Assembly: GCA_964607485.1 (NCBI GenBank)
Contig: CAZSKP010000022.1
Location: 9,054 to 73,053, forward strand
Length of the DNA stretch: 64,000 nt
DNA from: an uncultured bacterium
Lineage (GTDB): Bacteria; Abyssobacteria; SURF-5
Direction of reading: 5' to 3'
Notes under the pieces: model-generated
What the model saw: the letters and a program-made list of their open reading frames with translations, nothing else
Database searches by the model: none
What the model was told of the DNA's origin: nothing
Made by a program: the position numbers and the translations under genes
Shown: piece by piece, positions 49,148-60,435 of the stretch
Layout of the letters: the number at the start of each line of letters is the position of its first letter
How positions within the stretch are numbered: the stretch's first letter is position 1

Positions 49148-50158
49148 TCAATCCCCTTCGTCCTCCGACAGCGCAGCGGGTTCATATCCGTCCAGTTTCA
49201 TGCCGAAGTTGAGGTTCATGGCGGCGAGCACCGCCTTTATTTCTTCGAGCGATTTCTTTCCGAAATTGCGGTACTTCAGCATTTCGGCCTCGGTCTTCTG
49301 CACCAGGTCAACGATGGTCTTGATGTTGGCGGCTCTCAGGCAATTGGCCGCTCTGACCGAGAGTTCGAGTTCGTTGACGCTCTTATCGAGGTACTTTCGG
49401 ATTTCCTCTGTTTCCTCGGCGCGGGAAGCTCTGGCGAGTTCTTCCTCGGCTTCGGGCCTGACGAATATGTTGAAATGCTGTATGAGTATCTTCGCGGCCG
49501 AGGCGACCGCATCTTCGGGCAGAATGCTGCCGTTCGTCCAGATTTCCAGAATCAGCCTGTCGTAGTCGGTCATCTGGCCGACACGAGCGTTCTCCACGGC
49601 GAAATTCACTTTTTCGACGGGAGAGAAGATCGAATCGATACATATCGTGCCGATGGGCTGGTCGTCCCGCTTGTTTTGGTCGGCGGGCACGTAGCCCCTG
49701 CCCCTTCCGATCTCGACATCCATGACGATCTTGGTACCCTGATTCAGGGTGAGGATGTGCTGGTCGGAGTTGAGGATTTCGATGTCCTCATCCACTGCGA
49801 TGTCCGCGGCGGTGATGGTCTTCTTGCCGGAGGCCTTGACCTGAACGCTCTTGGTCTCCGCCGTGCCGTGCAGCTTAAGCCTGACCGATTTCAGATTGAG
49901 CACGATATCGGTGACATCCTCGACCACGCCCGGAATGGAGGCAAATTCGCGCTGGACTCCCTCTATTCGGACGGAAGTAATGGCTCCGCCTTCCAGGGAG
50001 GAGAGAAGCACACGCCTGAGCGAGTTGCCGACAGTCACGCCGAAGCCTCGTTCAAGGGGTTCCACAACGAACTTGCCGTAGGTTTCGGTTGAAACGTCTT
50101 CGTCCTTTTCCCATTTGGGCATTTCCAGAATTCTATTCATACGCGTTTGAGCCCCCAA
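49148..50158 (-). CDS. rpoA: RNA polymerase alpha subunit
   Basis: EPLERGFG.T.GNSLRRVLLSS, LELSVRAANCL, NFGKKSL. Confidence 0.98.
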   Translation of the reverse strand: MGAQTRMNRILEMPKWEKDEDVSTETYGKFVVEPLERGFGVTVGNSLRRVLLSSLEGGAITSVRIEGVQREFASIPGVVEDVTDIVLNLKSVRLKLHGTAETKSVQVKASGKKTITAADIAVDEDIEILNSDQHILTLNQGTKIVMDVEIGRGRGYVPADQNKRDDQPIGTICIDSIFSPVEKVNFAVENARVGQMTDYDRLILEIWTNGSILPEDAVASAAKILIQHFNIFVRPEAEEELARASRAEETEEIRKYLDKSVNELELSVRAANCLRAANIKTIVDLVQKTEAEMLKYRNFGKKSLEEIKAVLAAMNLNFGMKLDGYEPAALSEDEGD

Positions 50159-50211
50159 GATAGTTTGTGTTTGTCATCTCTGCAGCGTCCAACTCTTTGT
50201 TGCAGTTCCTC

Positions 50212-50838
50212 CTAGCGGGAGTAGAGCTCAATGACAAGTTTCTCCTCAACCGGCAGCGCGGCCTCTTCCTTCGTGGGAAGCCGGAGGAGCTTGCCGGTCA
50301 TCTTTTCCGCGTCAACCTCTACCCAAGGCGACACGCCGCGCTGCATGGCGGCTTCGAGGTTCGACTGTATCACGTGCATCTGACGGCCCTTTTCGGTGAG
50401 GGAGACGACGTCGTCCGGCTTGACCTGAAAAGACGGCAGGTTCACCTTCTTATCATTCACCATTATGCGGACATGCGAGATGAACTGTCGGGCCTGCGCG
50501 CGCGAGGATGCGAATCCCATCCGGTACACGACACTATCCAGCCGCCCCTCGAGCAGTTGTATGAGCTTTTCTCCGGTGACGACGGCGCTTTTCGCGGCAA
50601 GCACAAAGTAGTTCCGAAATTGTCTCTCCATCAGGCCGTACATGCGTTTCATCTTCTGTTTTTCACGGAGCTGAATGCCGTAGTCGGAATGCTTCACCCT
50701 CCGCCTGCCGTGCACTCCCGGCGGATAATTCCTCTTTTTTATGCCGCACTTGGGCGACAGGCATCTTTCGCCCTTCAGAAAGAGCTCCACGCCTTCGCGC
50801 CTGCAAATCTTACAAACCGGATCGGTGTTACGAGCCAT
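50212..50838 (-). CDS. rpsD: 30S ribosomal protein S4
   Basis: CRREG..LFLKGERC, QLREKQK, LE.RLD. Confidence 0.98.
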   Translation of the reverse strand: MARNTDPVCKICRREGVELFLKGERCLSPKCGIKKRNYPPGVHGRRRVKHSDYGIQLREKQKMKRMYGLMERQFRNYFVLAAKSAVVTGEKLIQLLEGRLDSVVYRMGFASSRAQARQFISHVRIMVNDKKVNLPSFQVKPDDVVSLTEKGRQMHVIQSNLEAAMQRGVSPWVEVDAEKMTGKLLRLPTKEEAALPVEEKLVIELYSR

Positions 50839-50859
50839 CAGTCTCTCCCGGCGCCCCCA

Positions 50860-51267
50860 TCACACGCGGCGCCTCTTCGGCGGGCGGCACCCATTGTGCG
50901 GTATGGAGGTCACGTCTTTTATCATGTTTATCTGGAGGCCCGCCGCCTGGAGCGAACGGATCGCCGACTCGCGTCCGGCGCCCGGCCCCTTCACGTGAAC
51001 CTTTACCTCTTTCAAACCTGCGTCCATGGCTTTCTGAGCGGCGGCCCTCGCCGTGAGTTGGGCGGCGAACGGAGTGCTCTTGCGCTAGCCCTTGAAGCCG
51101 ACCGTTCCCGCGCTCGCCCACGAGACGACGTTGCCGTTGGGGTCGGTGATGGTGACTATCGTGTTGTTGAACGTCGCCTGAATGTGGGCGACACCGCTCG
51201 ATACGCCCAGGCTCAGCTTCTTCTTTTTGGGCTTCTTTTCCTTGGGTCCCTTTTTCGGCTTGGCCAC
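50860..51267 (-). CDS. rpsK: 30S ribosomal protein S11 with an in-frame TAG at 51085-51087
   Basis: [49 protein letters not shown] in one frame. Confidence 0.93.
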
Positions 51268-51289
51268 TGTTCAGTACCTCCGGGTCACA

Positions 51290-51658
51290 TCATTTCCTTT
51301 TGCCTGCACGCTGCCTGCGGGGCCCTTTCCGAGTGCGCGCGTTGGTGTGGGTTCTCTGTCCCCTTACCGGGAGCCCCTTGCGGTGTCTCAGTCCTCGGTA
51401 CGTGCCGATGTCCATCAGGCGTTTGATGTTCGTGGCAATCTCGCGCCGCAGGTCTCCCTCTATCTGGTGGTCGCGCGAAATGATGGCGGTTATCCTGCGC
51501 ACCTCGTCATCGCTCAGGTCCTTGACGCGCGTGTTCGGGTTAACGCCCGAGGCCTCGAGAATCTTGTTCGACTTCGTCCGGCCTACGCCGAAAATGTATG
51601 TCAGACCTATCTCCACCCTTTTTTCTCTGGGCAGGTCAACGCCCAATATTCGTGCCAA
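51290..51658 (-). CDS. rpsM: 30S ribosomal protein S13
   Basis: [24 protein letters not shown]. Confidence 0.98.
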   Translation of the reverse strand: MARILGVDLPREKRVEIGLTYIFGVGRTKSNKILEASGVNPNTRVKDLSDDEVRRITAIISRDHQIEGDLRREIATNIKRLMDIGTYRGLRHRKGLPVRGQRTHTNARTRKGPRRQRAGKRK

Positions 51659-51706
51659 TGTTCCTCAACACCTCCCCGCAGTGGCCTTCGGCGTCGCCCG
51701 CGGGGG

Positions 51707-51820
51707 CTAGCCTTGCCGCTGCTTGTGTTTCGGGTTAGAACAAATCACCCGTACGACGCCCTTGCGTTTCACAATCTTGCATTTTTCGCAGATTTTCTTT
51801 ACCGATGTCCGTACTTTCAT
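51707..51820 (-). CDS. rpmJ: 50S ribosomal protein L36
   Basis: Manual translation [37 protein letters not shown]. Confidence 0.97.
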   Translation of the reverse strand: MKVRTSVKKICEKCKIVKRKGVVRVICSNPKHKQRQG

Positions 51821-51845
51821 CGTTCACATTCGCTTTCGATACGGC

Positions 51846-52064
51846 TCATTTGTAGCGATACACTATTCGTCCCCGTGTGAGGTCATAGGGCGAAAGCTCG
51901 ACCTTCACCGTGTCGCCGGGCAGAATACGAATGAAATGCATGCGCATCTTGCCGGAGATGTGCGCGAGAATGCGATGGCCGTTCTTCAGTTCGACGCGGA
52001 ACATCGCATTGGGCAAAGGCTCGATGACCGTTCCCTCGACCTCAATGGGTTCTTCTTTCGCCAT
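51846..52064 (-). CDS. infA: Translation initiation factor IF-1
   Basis: [27 protein letters not shown]. Confidence 0.98.
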   Translation of the reverse strand: MAKEEPIEVEGTVIEPLPNAMFRVELKNGHRILAHISGKMRMHFIRILPGDTVKVELSPYDLTRGRIVYRYK

Positions 52065-52126
52065 AAAAACTTCGTTCCTCAAGGCGGCAACTGCAAGTCG
52101 CGCCGGCCCGCCGGTTGAAATCGGCG

Positions 52127-52903
52127 CTAAGCCGCATGCCCGCGTTCCCCCGCCGGAAGCAGAGACAGTATGTCCGCCTCTCCGTCCGCGACCGCCACCG
52201 AATGCTCGAAATGCGCCGACGGACGTCCGTCTTTCGTGACGACGGTCCAGCGGTCATCCAGCACTCTGACCTCGTACGCGCCGGCGTTCACCATCGGCTC
52301 GATAGCCAACACCATGCCCGCCTCTAATCGAGGCCCGAGGTGCGGACGGCCGAAGTTGGGAATCTGCGGCTCCTCGTGCATCTGCTGGCCGATGCCGTGG
52401 CCGACGAAGTCGCGAACAACGGAGAAGCCGTGCGCCTCGACGTGCGACTGAACGGCATGCGAGATGTCGGACAGGCGGTTGCCGCCGCGCGCCTGCTTGA
52501 TTCCCTCGTACAGCGACTCGCGCGTGACCCGAATCAGCCGCTTCTTCTCGTCGGAAACCGTGCCCACCGGAAACGTGGCCGCGGTATCGCCGACATATCC
52601 TTTATAGACGATTCCGATGTCTATGCTGATTATGTCGCCCTCTTTGAGGACAACATCGGGCGACGGTATGCCGTGCACCACCTGTTCATTAATCGACGCG
52701 CATATTGTCTTCGGGTACCCCCGATAGCCTTTGAAGGCCGGCTTCCCATGCGCTTTCGCAATCAGGCGCTCGGCCTTGTTGTCGAGCGTCTCGGTGGATA
52801 CGCCCGGCTCTATGTCATCGCCAAGCTCCCGCAGAATTCGAGCCACTATGTGATTGGCCTCTCGGAGTATCGCCAGCTCGTCCGAAGACCGTATCACTAT
52901 CAC
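52127..52903 (-). CDS. map: Methionine aminopeptidase type I
   Basis: VVHGIP, GHGIG..MHEEP, AIEPM, SAHFEH. Confidence 0.97.
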   Translation of the reverse strand: MIVIRSSDELAILREANHIVARILRELGDDIEPGVSTETLDNKAERLIAKAHGKPAFKGYRGYPKTICASINEQVVHGIPSPDVVLKEGDIISIDIGIVYKGYVGDTAATFPVGTVSDEKKRLIRVTRESLYEGIKQARGGNRLSDISHAVQSHVEAHGFSVVRDFVGHGIGQQMHEEPQIPNFGRPHLGPRLEAGMVLAIEPMVNAGAYEVRVLDDRWTVVTKDGRPSAHFEHSVAVADGEADILSLLPAGERGHAA

Positions 52904-52929
52904 CGCGCTCGCACTCCCACAGGCAGCGT

Positions 52930-53592
52930 TCAGTCCAGCGCTCGGCAGACGCGCTCGAACACCTCGTCGATAGAGCCTTCGCCCGACACGCTGACGAGCT
53001 GCCCGCTTCGTTTATAGTAATCGATGAGGGGCGCGGTCTGCTTCTCGTAAACCGAGAGCCGGTTTTCTATGGTTTCGCGCTTATCGTCGTCGCGCTGGTA
53101 AAGCGTTCCGCCGCACTTGTCGCAAATGCCCTCTTTTGTGGGCTTTTTCGACATCAGGTTGTAGTTTTCCCCGCAGTCCGAGCAGGTTCGCCTCGCCGTG
53201 AGCCTGTTCACCAGCGCTTCCCTGTCCACGGCCAGGTCGAGGACCGCCGTCAGCGGGCAGCCGCCCTTCTTCAAGATTTCGTCCAGCGCCTCGGCTTGTG
53301 GCAGAGTGCGCGGGAAACCGTCGAGCAGAAAACCGCCGGCGCAATCGTCCTTGTTGATCCTTTCGGCAACTATGTCCGTGACGACCGAATCGGGCACGAG
53401 CTCGCCGGAATCGAGATATTTCTTTGCCTTGAGCCCCACCTCGGTGCCTTCCTTTATGGCGGCCCGAAAGATATCTCCGGTGGAGATGTGGGGGATCGAG
53501 TATCGCTTGGCCACCTTGACCGCCTGGGTGCCTTTGCCCGCGCCGGGCGGTCCGAGCATCACCATGAATCTCTTCTTCTCCGGCTTCGCCAC
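52930..53592 (-). CDS. adk: Adenylate kinase (Zn lid)
   Basis: GPPGAGKGTQA, HISTGD, LDGFPRT. Confidence 0.98.
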   Translation of the reverse strand: MAKPEKKRFMVMLGPPGAGKGTQAVKVAKRYSIPHISTGDIFRAAIKEGTEVGLKAKKYLDSGELVPDSVVTDIVAERINKDDCAGGFLLDGFPRTLPQAEALDEILKKGGCPLTAVLDLAVDREALVNRLTARRTCSDCGENYNLMSKKPTKEGICDKCGGTLYQRDDDKRETIENRLSVYEKQTAPLIDYYKRSGQLVSVSGEGSIDEVFERVCRALD

Positions 53593-53623
53593 TTCATCCT
53601 CCTTCGCTATACCGTGAGGGCTC

Positions 53624-54946
53624 TCAGAACCTGCGCGCCCTGACGCGTCCTTTCTTCATAAAGCCGTCGTAATGCCGCATCAGAAGATGGGATTCTATCT
53701 GCTGTATCGTGTCGAGGGCGACCCCGACTATGATGAGAAGGCTCGTGCCGCCGAAGAAGCTGGAGATCAGGTAGTCCACTCGCATGCCGTGGCTTATTAT
53801 CGTGGGTATGACCGCCACGAAGGCGAGCGCGATCGCCCCCGGCAGGGTTATGCGCGTCATTATTCGGTCCAGATACTCGGCGGTGGGCCTGCCCGGCCTT
53901 ATGCCGGGCACGAATCCCCCGTATTTCTTCAGATTATCGGCGACGTCAATCGGATTGAACGTAATCGCCGTGTAGAAATAGGTAAAAAATATGATCAGCA
54001 CAACGTAGCTGATATTGTATAGCATCGCTCCCGGCGCGAGCAAATCGACCAGCGCTTGCATGGCGCCCGTGTGGAAAAACTGGGCGATCGTCGGCGGAAA
54101 AAGCAGCAGCGACGCCGCGAATATTATGGGAATCACTCCCGCCTGGTTGACTCTGAGCGGGAGCCATGTGCTCTGGCCGCCGTACACCTTGCGCCCTTTT
54201 ATCTGTTTTGCGTATTGAACCGGAATTTTGCGCTGCGCCTGCGTGAGCACTATCACGCCGGCCGTGGTGGCCACGAGGAGCACGAGCAGGACGACCATTT
54301 TGAATATGCTCATCTCGCCGATCTGGATGTTCCTCGCGAGCAGCGCAAGCGCGGTCGGCATTCCTGCGACGATCCCCGCGAAAATTATCAGTGATATCCC
54401 GTTTCCGACGCCCCGTTCGGTTATCTGCTCGCCAAGCCACATGATGAAGCATGTGCCGGTCGTGAAAGTGACCATGGTCAGCAGAATGAATCCTATTCCC
54501 GGATGGGGAACGATAACCTTTCCGCCGAAATTGCTCGGATTCGAGAGCCACAAGCTGATGCCGAGCGACTGGACCGCCGTCAGCGCGACGGTTCCGTAAC
54601 GGGTCCACTGCGTCAGTTTCCTCCGTCCCTCCTCGCCCTCCTTCGACATCTTCTGGAAGTAGGGTATCACGGCGACGAGCAGCTGCAGTATGATCGACGC
54701 GCTGATGTAAGGCATGATGCCCAGCGCGAAGATGGTCATGCGCCTGAAGGCGCCGCCGGCAAAGAGGTCTGCAAACCCGAGCAGCGTGTTCTGGCGCTCG
54801 GTCACAAACTCGGCCAGCACCCTCCCGTTGATTCCCGGCGTGGGCACGTGTCCGCCGAGTCTGTAGATGGCCAGCAACACGACGGTGAATATGATGCGGT
54901 TCTTAAGCTCGGGTATCTTAAACGCATTCTGGAATGCGTTCAACAA
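53624..54946 (-). CDS. secY: Preprotein translocase SecY
   Basis: ALGIMPYISASII, WLGEQIT, PGIRPG, GGTSLLI. Confidence 0.98.
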   Translation of the reverse strand: MLNAFQNAFKIPELKNRIIFTVVLLAIYRLGGHVPTPGINGRVLAEFVTERQNTLLGFADLFAGGAFRRMTIFALGIMPYISASIILQLLVAVIPYFQKMSKEGEEGRRKLTQWTRYGTVALTAVQSLGISLWLSNPSNFGGKVIVPHPGIGFILLTMVTFTTGTCFIMWLGEQITERGVGNGISLIIFAGIVAGMPTALALLARNIQIGEMSIFKMVVLLVLLVATTAGVIVLTQAQRKIPVQYAKQIKGRKVYGGQSTWLPLRVNQAGVIPIIFAASLLLFPPTIAQFFHTGAMQALVDLLAPGAMLYNISYVVLIIFFTYFYTAITFNPIDVADNLKKYGGFVPGIRPGRPTAEYLDRIMTRITLPGAIALAFVAVIPTIISHGMRVDYLISSFFGGTSLLIIVGVALDTIQQIESHLLMRHYDGFMKKGRVRARRF

Positions 54947-55390
54947 TCAGACCACCTCGACCTTGCCGCCCGCGGCTACGATTTTCTCCCGGGCGGACTT
55001 GCTGAACAGGTGTGCGCGAACGGTCAGGGAAACCTTCAGTTCGCCGTTGCCCAGTATCTTGACTCCGTCGCGGTTCAGCTTCACCATCCCCTTCTGGTTG
55101 AGCAGTTCGGGGGTCACCTCGGAGCCCTTCTCGAAGGAATTGAGCCTCTCGACGTTGATGACCTCGTATTCCTTCCTGAATATGTTGGTGAAGCCGCGCT
55201 TGGGGACACGCCTCTGAAGCGGCATCTGGCCGCCCTCGTATCCGCGCGACGATTTCGGACCAGACCGCGAGCGCTGCCCCTTCGTGCCCTTGCAGGCGGT
55301 CTTGCCGTGGCCGGAGCCCCGTCCGCGTCCCACGCGCTTGGGCTTCTTGCGAGCCCCGCGGGGCGGCTTGATATTGTTCAGTTCCATCAT
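54947..55390 (-). CDS. rplO: 50S ribosomal protein L15
   Basis: RVGRG.GSG.GKT, EGGQMPL.RR.PKRGF. Confidence 0.98.
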   Translation of the reverse strand: MMELNNIKPPRGARKKPKRVGRGRGSGHGKTACKGTKGQRSRSGPKSSRGYEGGQMPLQRRVPKRGFTNIFRKEYEVINVERLNSFEKGSEVTPELLNQKGMVKLNRDGVKILGNGELKVSLTVRAHLFSKSAREKIVAAGGKVEVV

Positions 55391-55404
55391 TTCCGGCGTT
55401 CCCT

Positions 55405-55905
55405 TTATGTGATTATCTCGGATACTTCTTTGTCACGCTTAGCCGCGACCTGCTCGGCCGTCTGCAGGCTTTCAAGCGCCACAATGGTGGCTCTGATCAC
55501 ATTGATCGGGTTGTCCGACCCGAGGGACTTGCTCAGGACGTTGGAGATTCCCGCAACTTCCATCACCGCCCTGACGGCGCCGCCCGCGATGACTCCCGTT
55601 CCCGGGGAGGCCGGCTTGATTATCACCCGGCCCGCGCCCGCCACGCCGGTCATCGCGTGCGGGATCGTGCCGTTGACCACGGGCACGGAGATCATCGATT
55701 TCTTCGCTTTTTCTATCCCTTTGCGTATTGCCTCGGGCACCTCGTTCGCCTTTCCCAGAGCCGCGCCGACGCGTCCCTTGCCGTCTCCAACCACCACGAG
55801 CGCACTGAAGCCGAAACGCCGACCACCCTTGACCACCTTCGCGACGCGATTGATTTTGACTATTTTTTCTCTGAGCTCCTGTGCTTCGGGCTGAAACTTT
55901 TCCAA
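55405..55905 (-). CDS. rpsE: 30S ribosomal protein S5
   Basis: [26 protein letters not shown]. Confidence 0.98.
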   Translation of the reverse strand: MEKFQPEAQELREKIVKINRVAKVVKGGRRFGFSALVVVGDGKGRVGAALGKANEVPEAIRKGIEKAKKSMISVPVVNGTIPHAMTGVAGAGRVIIKPASPGTGVIAGGAVRAVMEVAGISNVLSKSLGSDNPINVIRATIVALESLQTAEQVAAKRDKEVSEIIT

Positions 55906-55913
55906 AGTGCCTC

Positions 55914-56285
55914 CTAGAATTTGAGCCCCTTTTCGCGGGCTCCTTCCGCGAGCGCCTTCACTCGACCGTGGTATAGGTAGCCGCTGCGGTCAAACACGAT
56001 TTTTTCTATTCCGGCCGTCTTCGCCTTCTCGGCCAGCATCTGGCCCACGACGCGAGCGGCGGCAACGTTCTTGCCCGATGCGCCGTTCTTTTTTGCCTCG
56101 GGCGAGAGCGATGAGGCCGAGACCAGAACGCGCCCGGTCGTGTCGTCGATCAGTTGAGCGTATATGTGCTTCAGGCTTCGATACACGCTGAGCCGCGGCT
56201 TGTCGGGAATACCCATTATCTTCCGTCTTATGCGAAGGCGGCGTCTGCGGCGCGCGGCCGTTTTGTCGAGCTTCAGTTCTCCCAT
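55914..56285 (-). CDS. rplR: 50S ribosomal protein L18
   Basis: [20 protein letters not shown]. Confidence 0.98.
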   Translation of the reverse strand: MGELKLDKTAARRRRRLRIRRKIMGIPDKPRLSVYRSLKHIYAQLIDDTTGRVLVSASSLSPEAKKNGASGKNVAAARVVGQMLAEKAKTAGIEKIVFDRSGYLYHGRVKALAEGAREKGLKF

Positions 56286-56298
56286 CCGTTTATCCCGG

Positions 56299-56832
56299 TT
56301 ACAATCCCGCTTTGCCAGCCTTGCGGCGCACCCGCTCGCCGACGTAGCGTATCCCTTTGCCCTTGTACGGCTCCGGCTTCCTGAGAGCCCTTATCTGGGC
56401 CGCAACCTGGCCCACTGCCTGTTTGTCGATGCCGCTGACGGTGACGATGTTGCGGTCGATCGAGAGCTCTATCCCTTCGGGAGGCTCGAACAGTATCGGG
56501 TGGCTGTAGCCGAGCTGGAAATTGAGGGCCTCCCCTTGTTTTGTCGCGCGGTAGCCGACACCCTGTATCTCGAGGCTCTTCTGAAACCCCTCTTTGACTC
56601 CATGCACGATGTTGGCGACGAGCGCGCGCGTGAGTCCGTGCAGCGAGCGGCTGCGGCGCAAGTCGTTCGGACGGGTGACGACCAACTGATCGCCGTCGAC
56701 GGCGACGCTGATGAGGGGATGCACATCGTGCGCGAGCTTTCCCTTCGGTCCCTCGACCACCACACGCTGGCCGTCGACCGAAACTTTGACGCCTTCGGGA
56801 ATCGGAATCGGATTCTTTCCTACACGAGACAT
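56299..56832 (-). CDS. rplF: 50S ribosomal protein L6
   Basis: [19 protein letters not shown]. Confidence 0.98.
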   Translation of the reverse strand: MSRVGKNPIPIPEGVKVSVDGQRVVVEGPKGKLAHDVHPLISVAVDGDQLVVTRPNDLRRSRSLHGLTRALVANIVHGVKEGFQKSLEIQGVGYRATKQGEALNFQLGYSHPILFEPPEGIELSIDRNIVTVSGIDKQAVGQVAAQIRALRKPEPYKGKGIRYVGERVRRKAGKAGL

Positions 56833-56856
56833 GATGTACGAAAATCCCTTCTCATT

Positions 56857-57255
56857 TCACCAGACTTCGCAGATGATCTCACCGCCGACGTTGGCCTCGC
56901 GCGACTGCTTGTCGGTCATCACGCCCTTCGGGGTAGAGACCATGGCGATTCCCAATCCGCCCATCACACGCGGTATCTCGCGCGCCCCCCGGTAAATGCG
57001 CCTGCCGGGTTTGCTCACCCGACGCAGCCCCCTGATTATTCGTTCCTGCTGCGGGCCGTATTTCATGAAAACCCTGAGCACCCCCTGCTTCCTGTTGTCG
57101 ATGATCTTGAAGTCGGCAATGTAGCCTTCCGTCTTGAGGATATTGGCTATATCCTCGTTCATCTTCGAGGCGGGGATGTCCACCTTTTCGTTCATCGCCT
57201 GGTTGGCGTTGCGAATGCGGGTGAGCATGTCCGCAATCGGGTCCGAGATTGACAT
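56857..57255 (-). CDS. rpsH: 30S ribosomal protein S8
   Basis: [20 protein letters not shown]. Confidence 0.98.
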   Translation of the reverse strand: MSISDPIADMLTRIRNANQAMNEKVDIPASKMNEDIANILKTEGYIADFKIIDNRKQGVLRVFMKYGPQQERIIRGLRRVSKPGRRIYRGAREIPRVMGGLGIAMVSTPKGVMTDKQSREANVGGEIICEVW

Positions 57256-57307
57256 CGACGTGTGCTCTCCTTGTATTGTTCCGGCCCTGGATGCGCCTTG
57301 TGCAGGA

Positions 57308-57493
57308 CTACCAGCTGGCCTTGATGACTCCGGGCAGCCTTCCTTCGCGTGCGAGGTTCCGGAAGCAAATCCGGCACAGCTCGAACTTGCGGATGTATCC
57401 TCTCGGTCTTCCGCAGATTCTGCACCTGTTGTACTTTCGCACGCCAAACTTCGGCTGCCGCCTGCATTTTGCTATCAGAGATTTCTTCGCCAC
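57308..57493 (-). CDS. rpsN: 30S ribosomal protein S14, Zn-binding type Z
   Basis: [19 protein letters not shown]. Confidence 0.97.
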   Translation of the reverse strand: MAKKSLIAKCRRQPKFGVRKYNRCRICGRPRGYIRKFELCRICFRNLAREGRLPGVIKASW

Positions 57494-57528
57494 AGATTTC
57501 CTCCGCCGCGGTGCCGTCCTCGCCGGCG

Positions 57529-58074
57529 TCAGCCGCGGCTAAAGGGCATTCCCAACTCTTTGAGGAGTTCGATGCTGGCCTCGCGGCCGGTAGAGTTCTC
57601 TATCACGAACACTATGTTCATACCCCGAATCTTGAAGACTTCGTCGTAATCGATTTCCGGGAAGATGATCTGCTCCTTGATGCCCAGGGTGAAGTTGCCG
57701 AACCCGTCGAAAGCCTTCCTGGAGACGCCCCGGAAGTCGCGTATTCGGGGTATCGCAACGTTGGCGAGCCTGTCGAAGAACTCATACATGCGGTCTCCCC
57801 TGAGCGTTACCTTGCATCCTATGGCAGCGCCGGCGCGAAGCTTGAAGCCGGCGATGGATTTCTTCGCGCGCGTGATGACCGGCTTTTGACCGGTTATCTT
57901 TGTCAGCTCCTTCATGGCGCTTTCCATCACCTTTGCCTCGCCGGGCGCGTCGCCCAGGCCCATGTTCACGATTATTTTGCTCAAACGGGGGACCTGCATG
58001 ATGTTGCGGACTCCCAGCTTCTCCTTGAGCCCCGGAGCGATCTCGCCGCTGTATTTTTCCTTGAGTCTGGCCAA
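57529..58074 (-). CDS. rplE: 50S ribosomal protein L5
   Basis: [25 protein letters not shown]. Confidence 0.98.
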   Translation of the reverse strand: MARLKEKYSGEIAPGLKEKLGVRNIMQVPRLSKIIVNMGLGDAPGEAKVMESAMKELTKITGQKPVITRAKKSIAGFKLRAGAAIGCKVTLRGDRMYEFFDRLANVAIPRIRDFRGVSRKAFDGFGNFTLGIKEQIIFPEIDYDEVFKIRGMNIVFVIENSTGREASIELLKELGMPFSRG

Positions 58075-58091
58075 TTGCGCTGACCTTCCTT

Positions 58092-58424
58092 CTAACCCAG
58101 ATCCACGATTTCCGAGCACTTCTTGCAGACGCGCACCTTTGTGCCGTCTTCGAGGATTTTCCTGCCCACGCGAGTGGGTCTGCCGCACTTGGTGCACACG
58201 AGCATCAGGGCGGACGCGTGGAGGGGTGCCTCCTTCTCCACAAGCCCCCCCTGGGGATTTCTCTGCGACGGCCGTTCGTGGTGGGTGACCATGTTGAGGG
58301 CCTCGACGATCGCCCGATTTCTTTCGGGCGACACCAACAGCACCTTGCCCTTCTTCCCCTTTTCCTTCCCGGAAACGACCATGACGGTGTCGCCTTTTTT
58401 TATCTGTATTTTCGGTTTGCTCAT
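58092..58424 (-). CDS. rplX: 50S ribosomal protein L24
   Basis: [22 protein letters not shown]. Confidence 0.97.
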   Translation of the reverse strand: MSKPKIQIKKGDTVMVVSGKEKGKKGKVLLVSPERNRAIVEALNMVTHHERPSQRNPQGGLVEKEAPLHASALMLVCTKCGRPTRVGRKILEDGTKVRVCKKCSEIVDLG

Positions 58425-58446
58425 CTCCAACAACCCCCGGCTCGTC

Positions 58447-58815
58447 TCAGACCACCTCGGGAGCGAGCGAGATTATCCGCATGAAGTCCTTGTCCCGCAG
58501 CTCGCGAGGCACGGGCCCGAAGATTCTCGTCCCGCGTGGAATCTTCTGTTCGTTTATTATGACCGCCGCATTGTCGTCGAACCTGATGATGGAACCGTCG
58601 GGACGGGACGTATCCTGCCTGGTCCTGACGATGACCGCTTTGACGACATCGCCCTTCTTTATCTGAGCCTGCGGCATGGCCGCCTTGACGCTGCACACGA
58701 TGACGTCGCCGACGCGGGCATAGCGCGCCTTGGTGCCGCCGGGGACCTGTATGCACTGAAGTTTCTTGGCGCCCGAGTTGTCCGCCACCTCGAGCATCGT
58801 TCTCATCTGAATCAT
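58447..58815 (-). CDS. rplN: 50S ribosomal protein L14
   Basis: [21 protein letters not shown]. Confidence 0.98.
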   Translation of the reverse strand: MIQMRTMLEVADNSGAKKLQCIQVPGGTKARYARVGDVIVCSVKAAMPQAQIKKGDVVKAVIVRTRQDTSRPDGSIIRFDDNAAVIINEQKIPRGTRIFGPVPRELRDKDFMRIISLAPEVV

Positions 58816-58860
58816 GGCTGCACCAGAATTCTCACCTTTAACATCAAACAATGGCGCCCG

Positions 58861-59118
58861 TCACTTGGCACGCTCGATGACCTCCGCGAGCCGCCACCTC
58901 TTGGTCTTGCTGAGAGGCCTGTTCTCCACAATGCGGACGACATCGCCCACGCTGCATTCGCCCCGCTCATCGTGCGCCTTGAACGTCCTCGTCTTTCTGA
59001 CCACCCGCTTGTACGTCGGGTGCAAGAACGTGTTTTGCACGGCGACCACAATCGTCTTCTGCATCTTGGCGCTGGTGACCACGCCGATTTTTTCCTGCCT
59101 GCGTTTCGTCTTTTCCAT
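58861..59118 (-). CDS. rpsQ: 30S ribosomal protein S17
   Basis: [20 protein letters not shown]. Confidence 0.98.
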   Translation of the reverse strand: MEKTKRRQEKIGVVTSAKMQKTIVVAVQNTFLHPTYKRVVRKTRTFKAHDERGECSVGDVVRIVENRPLSKTKRWRLAEVIERAK

Positions 59119-59125
59119 GGAGTGG

Positions 59126-59335
59126 CTATTGTCCCTGAGGTTGTGGCCTTCTCTTTTCGCCCAGCACGGTTTTTATCCGCGCAATTTCGCGACGGAGTTC
59201 CTGAAATCGTTTCACGTTGTCAAGCTGTTGTCCGCTCGCGGCCTGAACCCGGAGGTTGAACAGGCCCTGCGTGGCCTCTCGGAGCTCGTGCTCGAGCTCT
59301 TCCGTGGTCAGTTCCCGAAGCTCCCTGGCGCGCAT
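59126..59335 (-). CDS. rpmC: 50S ribosomal protein L29
   Basis: [21 protein letters not shown]. Confidence 0.95.
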   Translation of the reverse strand: MRARELRELTTEELEHELREATQGLFNLRVQAASGQQLDNVKRFQELRREIARIKTVLGEKRRPQPQGQ

Positions 59336-59763
59336 CAACGACCACCCCCGACGGCGTGGAGCCGCTTGACGAATCGCGTGCGGATGGGCAACTTGCTCGA
59401 CGCCAGCTTGAAGGCCTCCTTGGCCAGTTCTTCCTTCACTCCCTCGAGCTCGAAGATGACTTTGCCGGGCCTGACGACGGCGACCCACCTCTCGGGCTCA
59501 CCCTTGCCCTTGCCCATGCGGGTTTCCAAAGGTTTCTGCGTTACCGGCTTGGCCGGGAATATGTTCAGCCACACCTTGCCGCCGCGTTTGATCTTGCGTG
59601 TGAGCGCCACCCTGGCGGCCTCTATCTGTCGCGCGGTAACCCACGCCGGCTCGAGCGCCTGGAGCCCGTATTCACCGAAGTTGACAGAGCTGCCCCGCGA
59701 GGCTTTTCCCTTCATGCGGCCGCGCTGCTGCTTGCGATACTTGACTCTCTTGGGCATCAGCAT
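59335..59763 (-). CDS. rplP: 50S ribosomal protein L16
   Basis: [18 protein letters not shown]. Confidence 0.98.
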   Translation of the reverse strand: MLMPKRVKYRKQQRGRMKGKASRGSSVNFGEYGLQALEPAWVTARQIEAARVALTRKIKRGGKVWLNIFPAKPVTQKPLETRMGKGKGEPERWVAVVRPGKVIFELEGVKEELAKEAFKLASSKLPIRTRFVKRLHAVGGGR

Positions 59764-59778
59764 GTTTTCTTCATCTCC

Positions 59779-60432
59779 CTATACGGTCTCGCGTCTCCCG
59801 CCCTCGCGGCCGTGAATCTCGTCGTGGAAGACCCAGACCTTCACGCCTATCTTTCCGAACGTCGTGTTGCTCTCTGCGAACCCGTAGTCGATGTCGGCCC
59901 TGAGCGTCTGGAGCGGAACGCGTCCCTCACGATACCATTCCGAGCGCGCTATCTCGGCCCCGGCGAGCCTGCCGGCGCAGCCGATCCTGATTCCTTTCGC
60001 GCCGAGTCTCATGGCGGTCGTGACTGCTCTCTTGATGGCGCGTCGGAACGAGACCTGCCGTTCAAGCTGGAGCGCGATGTTCTCGGCGACGAGCTGCGCG
60101 TCGAGTTCGGGATTCTTTATCTCTTGAACAACTATGTAGACCTCGTTTTCGGAGATCGCTTCGAGCTCGGCCCGCAACTGGTCGACCTCGCTGCCTCGTC
60201 TGCCGATGACTATGCCCGGCCGTGCCGTATGGATGGTAACGCGGGACTTCTGGCCCATCCGCTCGACCTCGACCTTTGATATGCCGGCGTGGGCAAGCCT
60301 CTTCTTGACCAGCTTGCATATCTCGAGGTCTTCATGCAGGAGCTTGGCATATTCTCGTCCGGCGAACCAGCGGGAAGACCACGTCTTGGTCGTGCCCAGC
60401 CTGAAAGCGACCGGATGAACCTTTTGTCCCAT
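59779..60432 (-). CDS. rpsC: 30S ribosomal protein S3
   Basis: [26 protein letters not shown]. Confidence 0.98.
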   Translation of the reverse strand: MGQKVHPVAFRLGTTKTWSSRWFAGREYAKLLHEDLEICKLVKKRLAHAGISKVEVERMGQKSRVTIHTARPGIVIGRRGSEVDQLRAELEAISENEVYIVVQEIKNPELDAQLVAENIALQLERQVSFRRAIKRAVTTAMRLGAKGIRIGCAGRLAGAEIARSEWYREGRVPLQTLRADIDYGFAESNTTFGKIGVKVWVFHDEIHGREGGRRETV

Positions 60433-60435
60433 GTG

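Noticed and set aside
50828-51121. rpsK as a frameshifted gene
   Set aside because: Both halves share one frame; the break is a single TAG, and the listed 97-aa ORF is an off-frame artefact.
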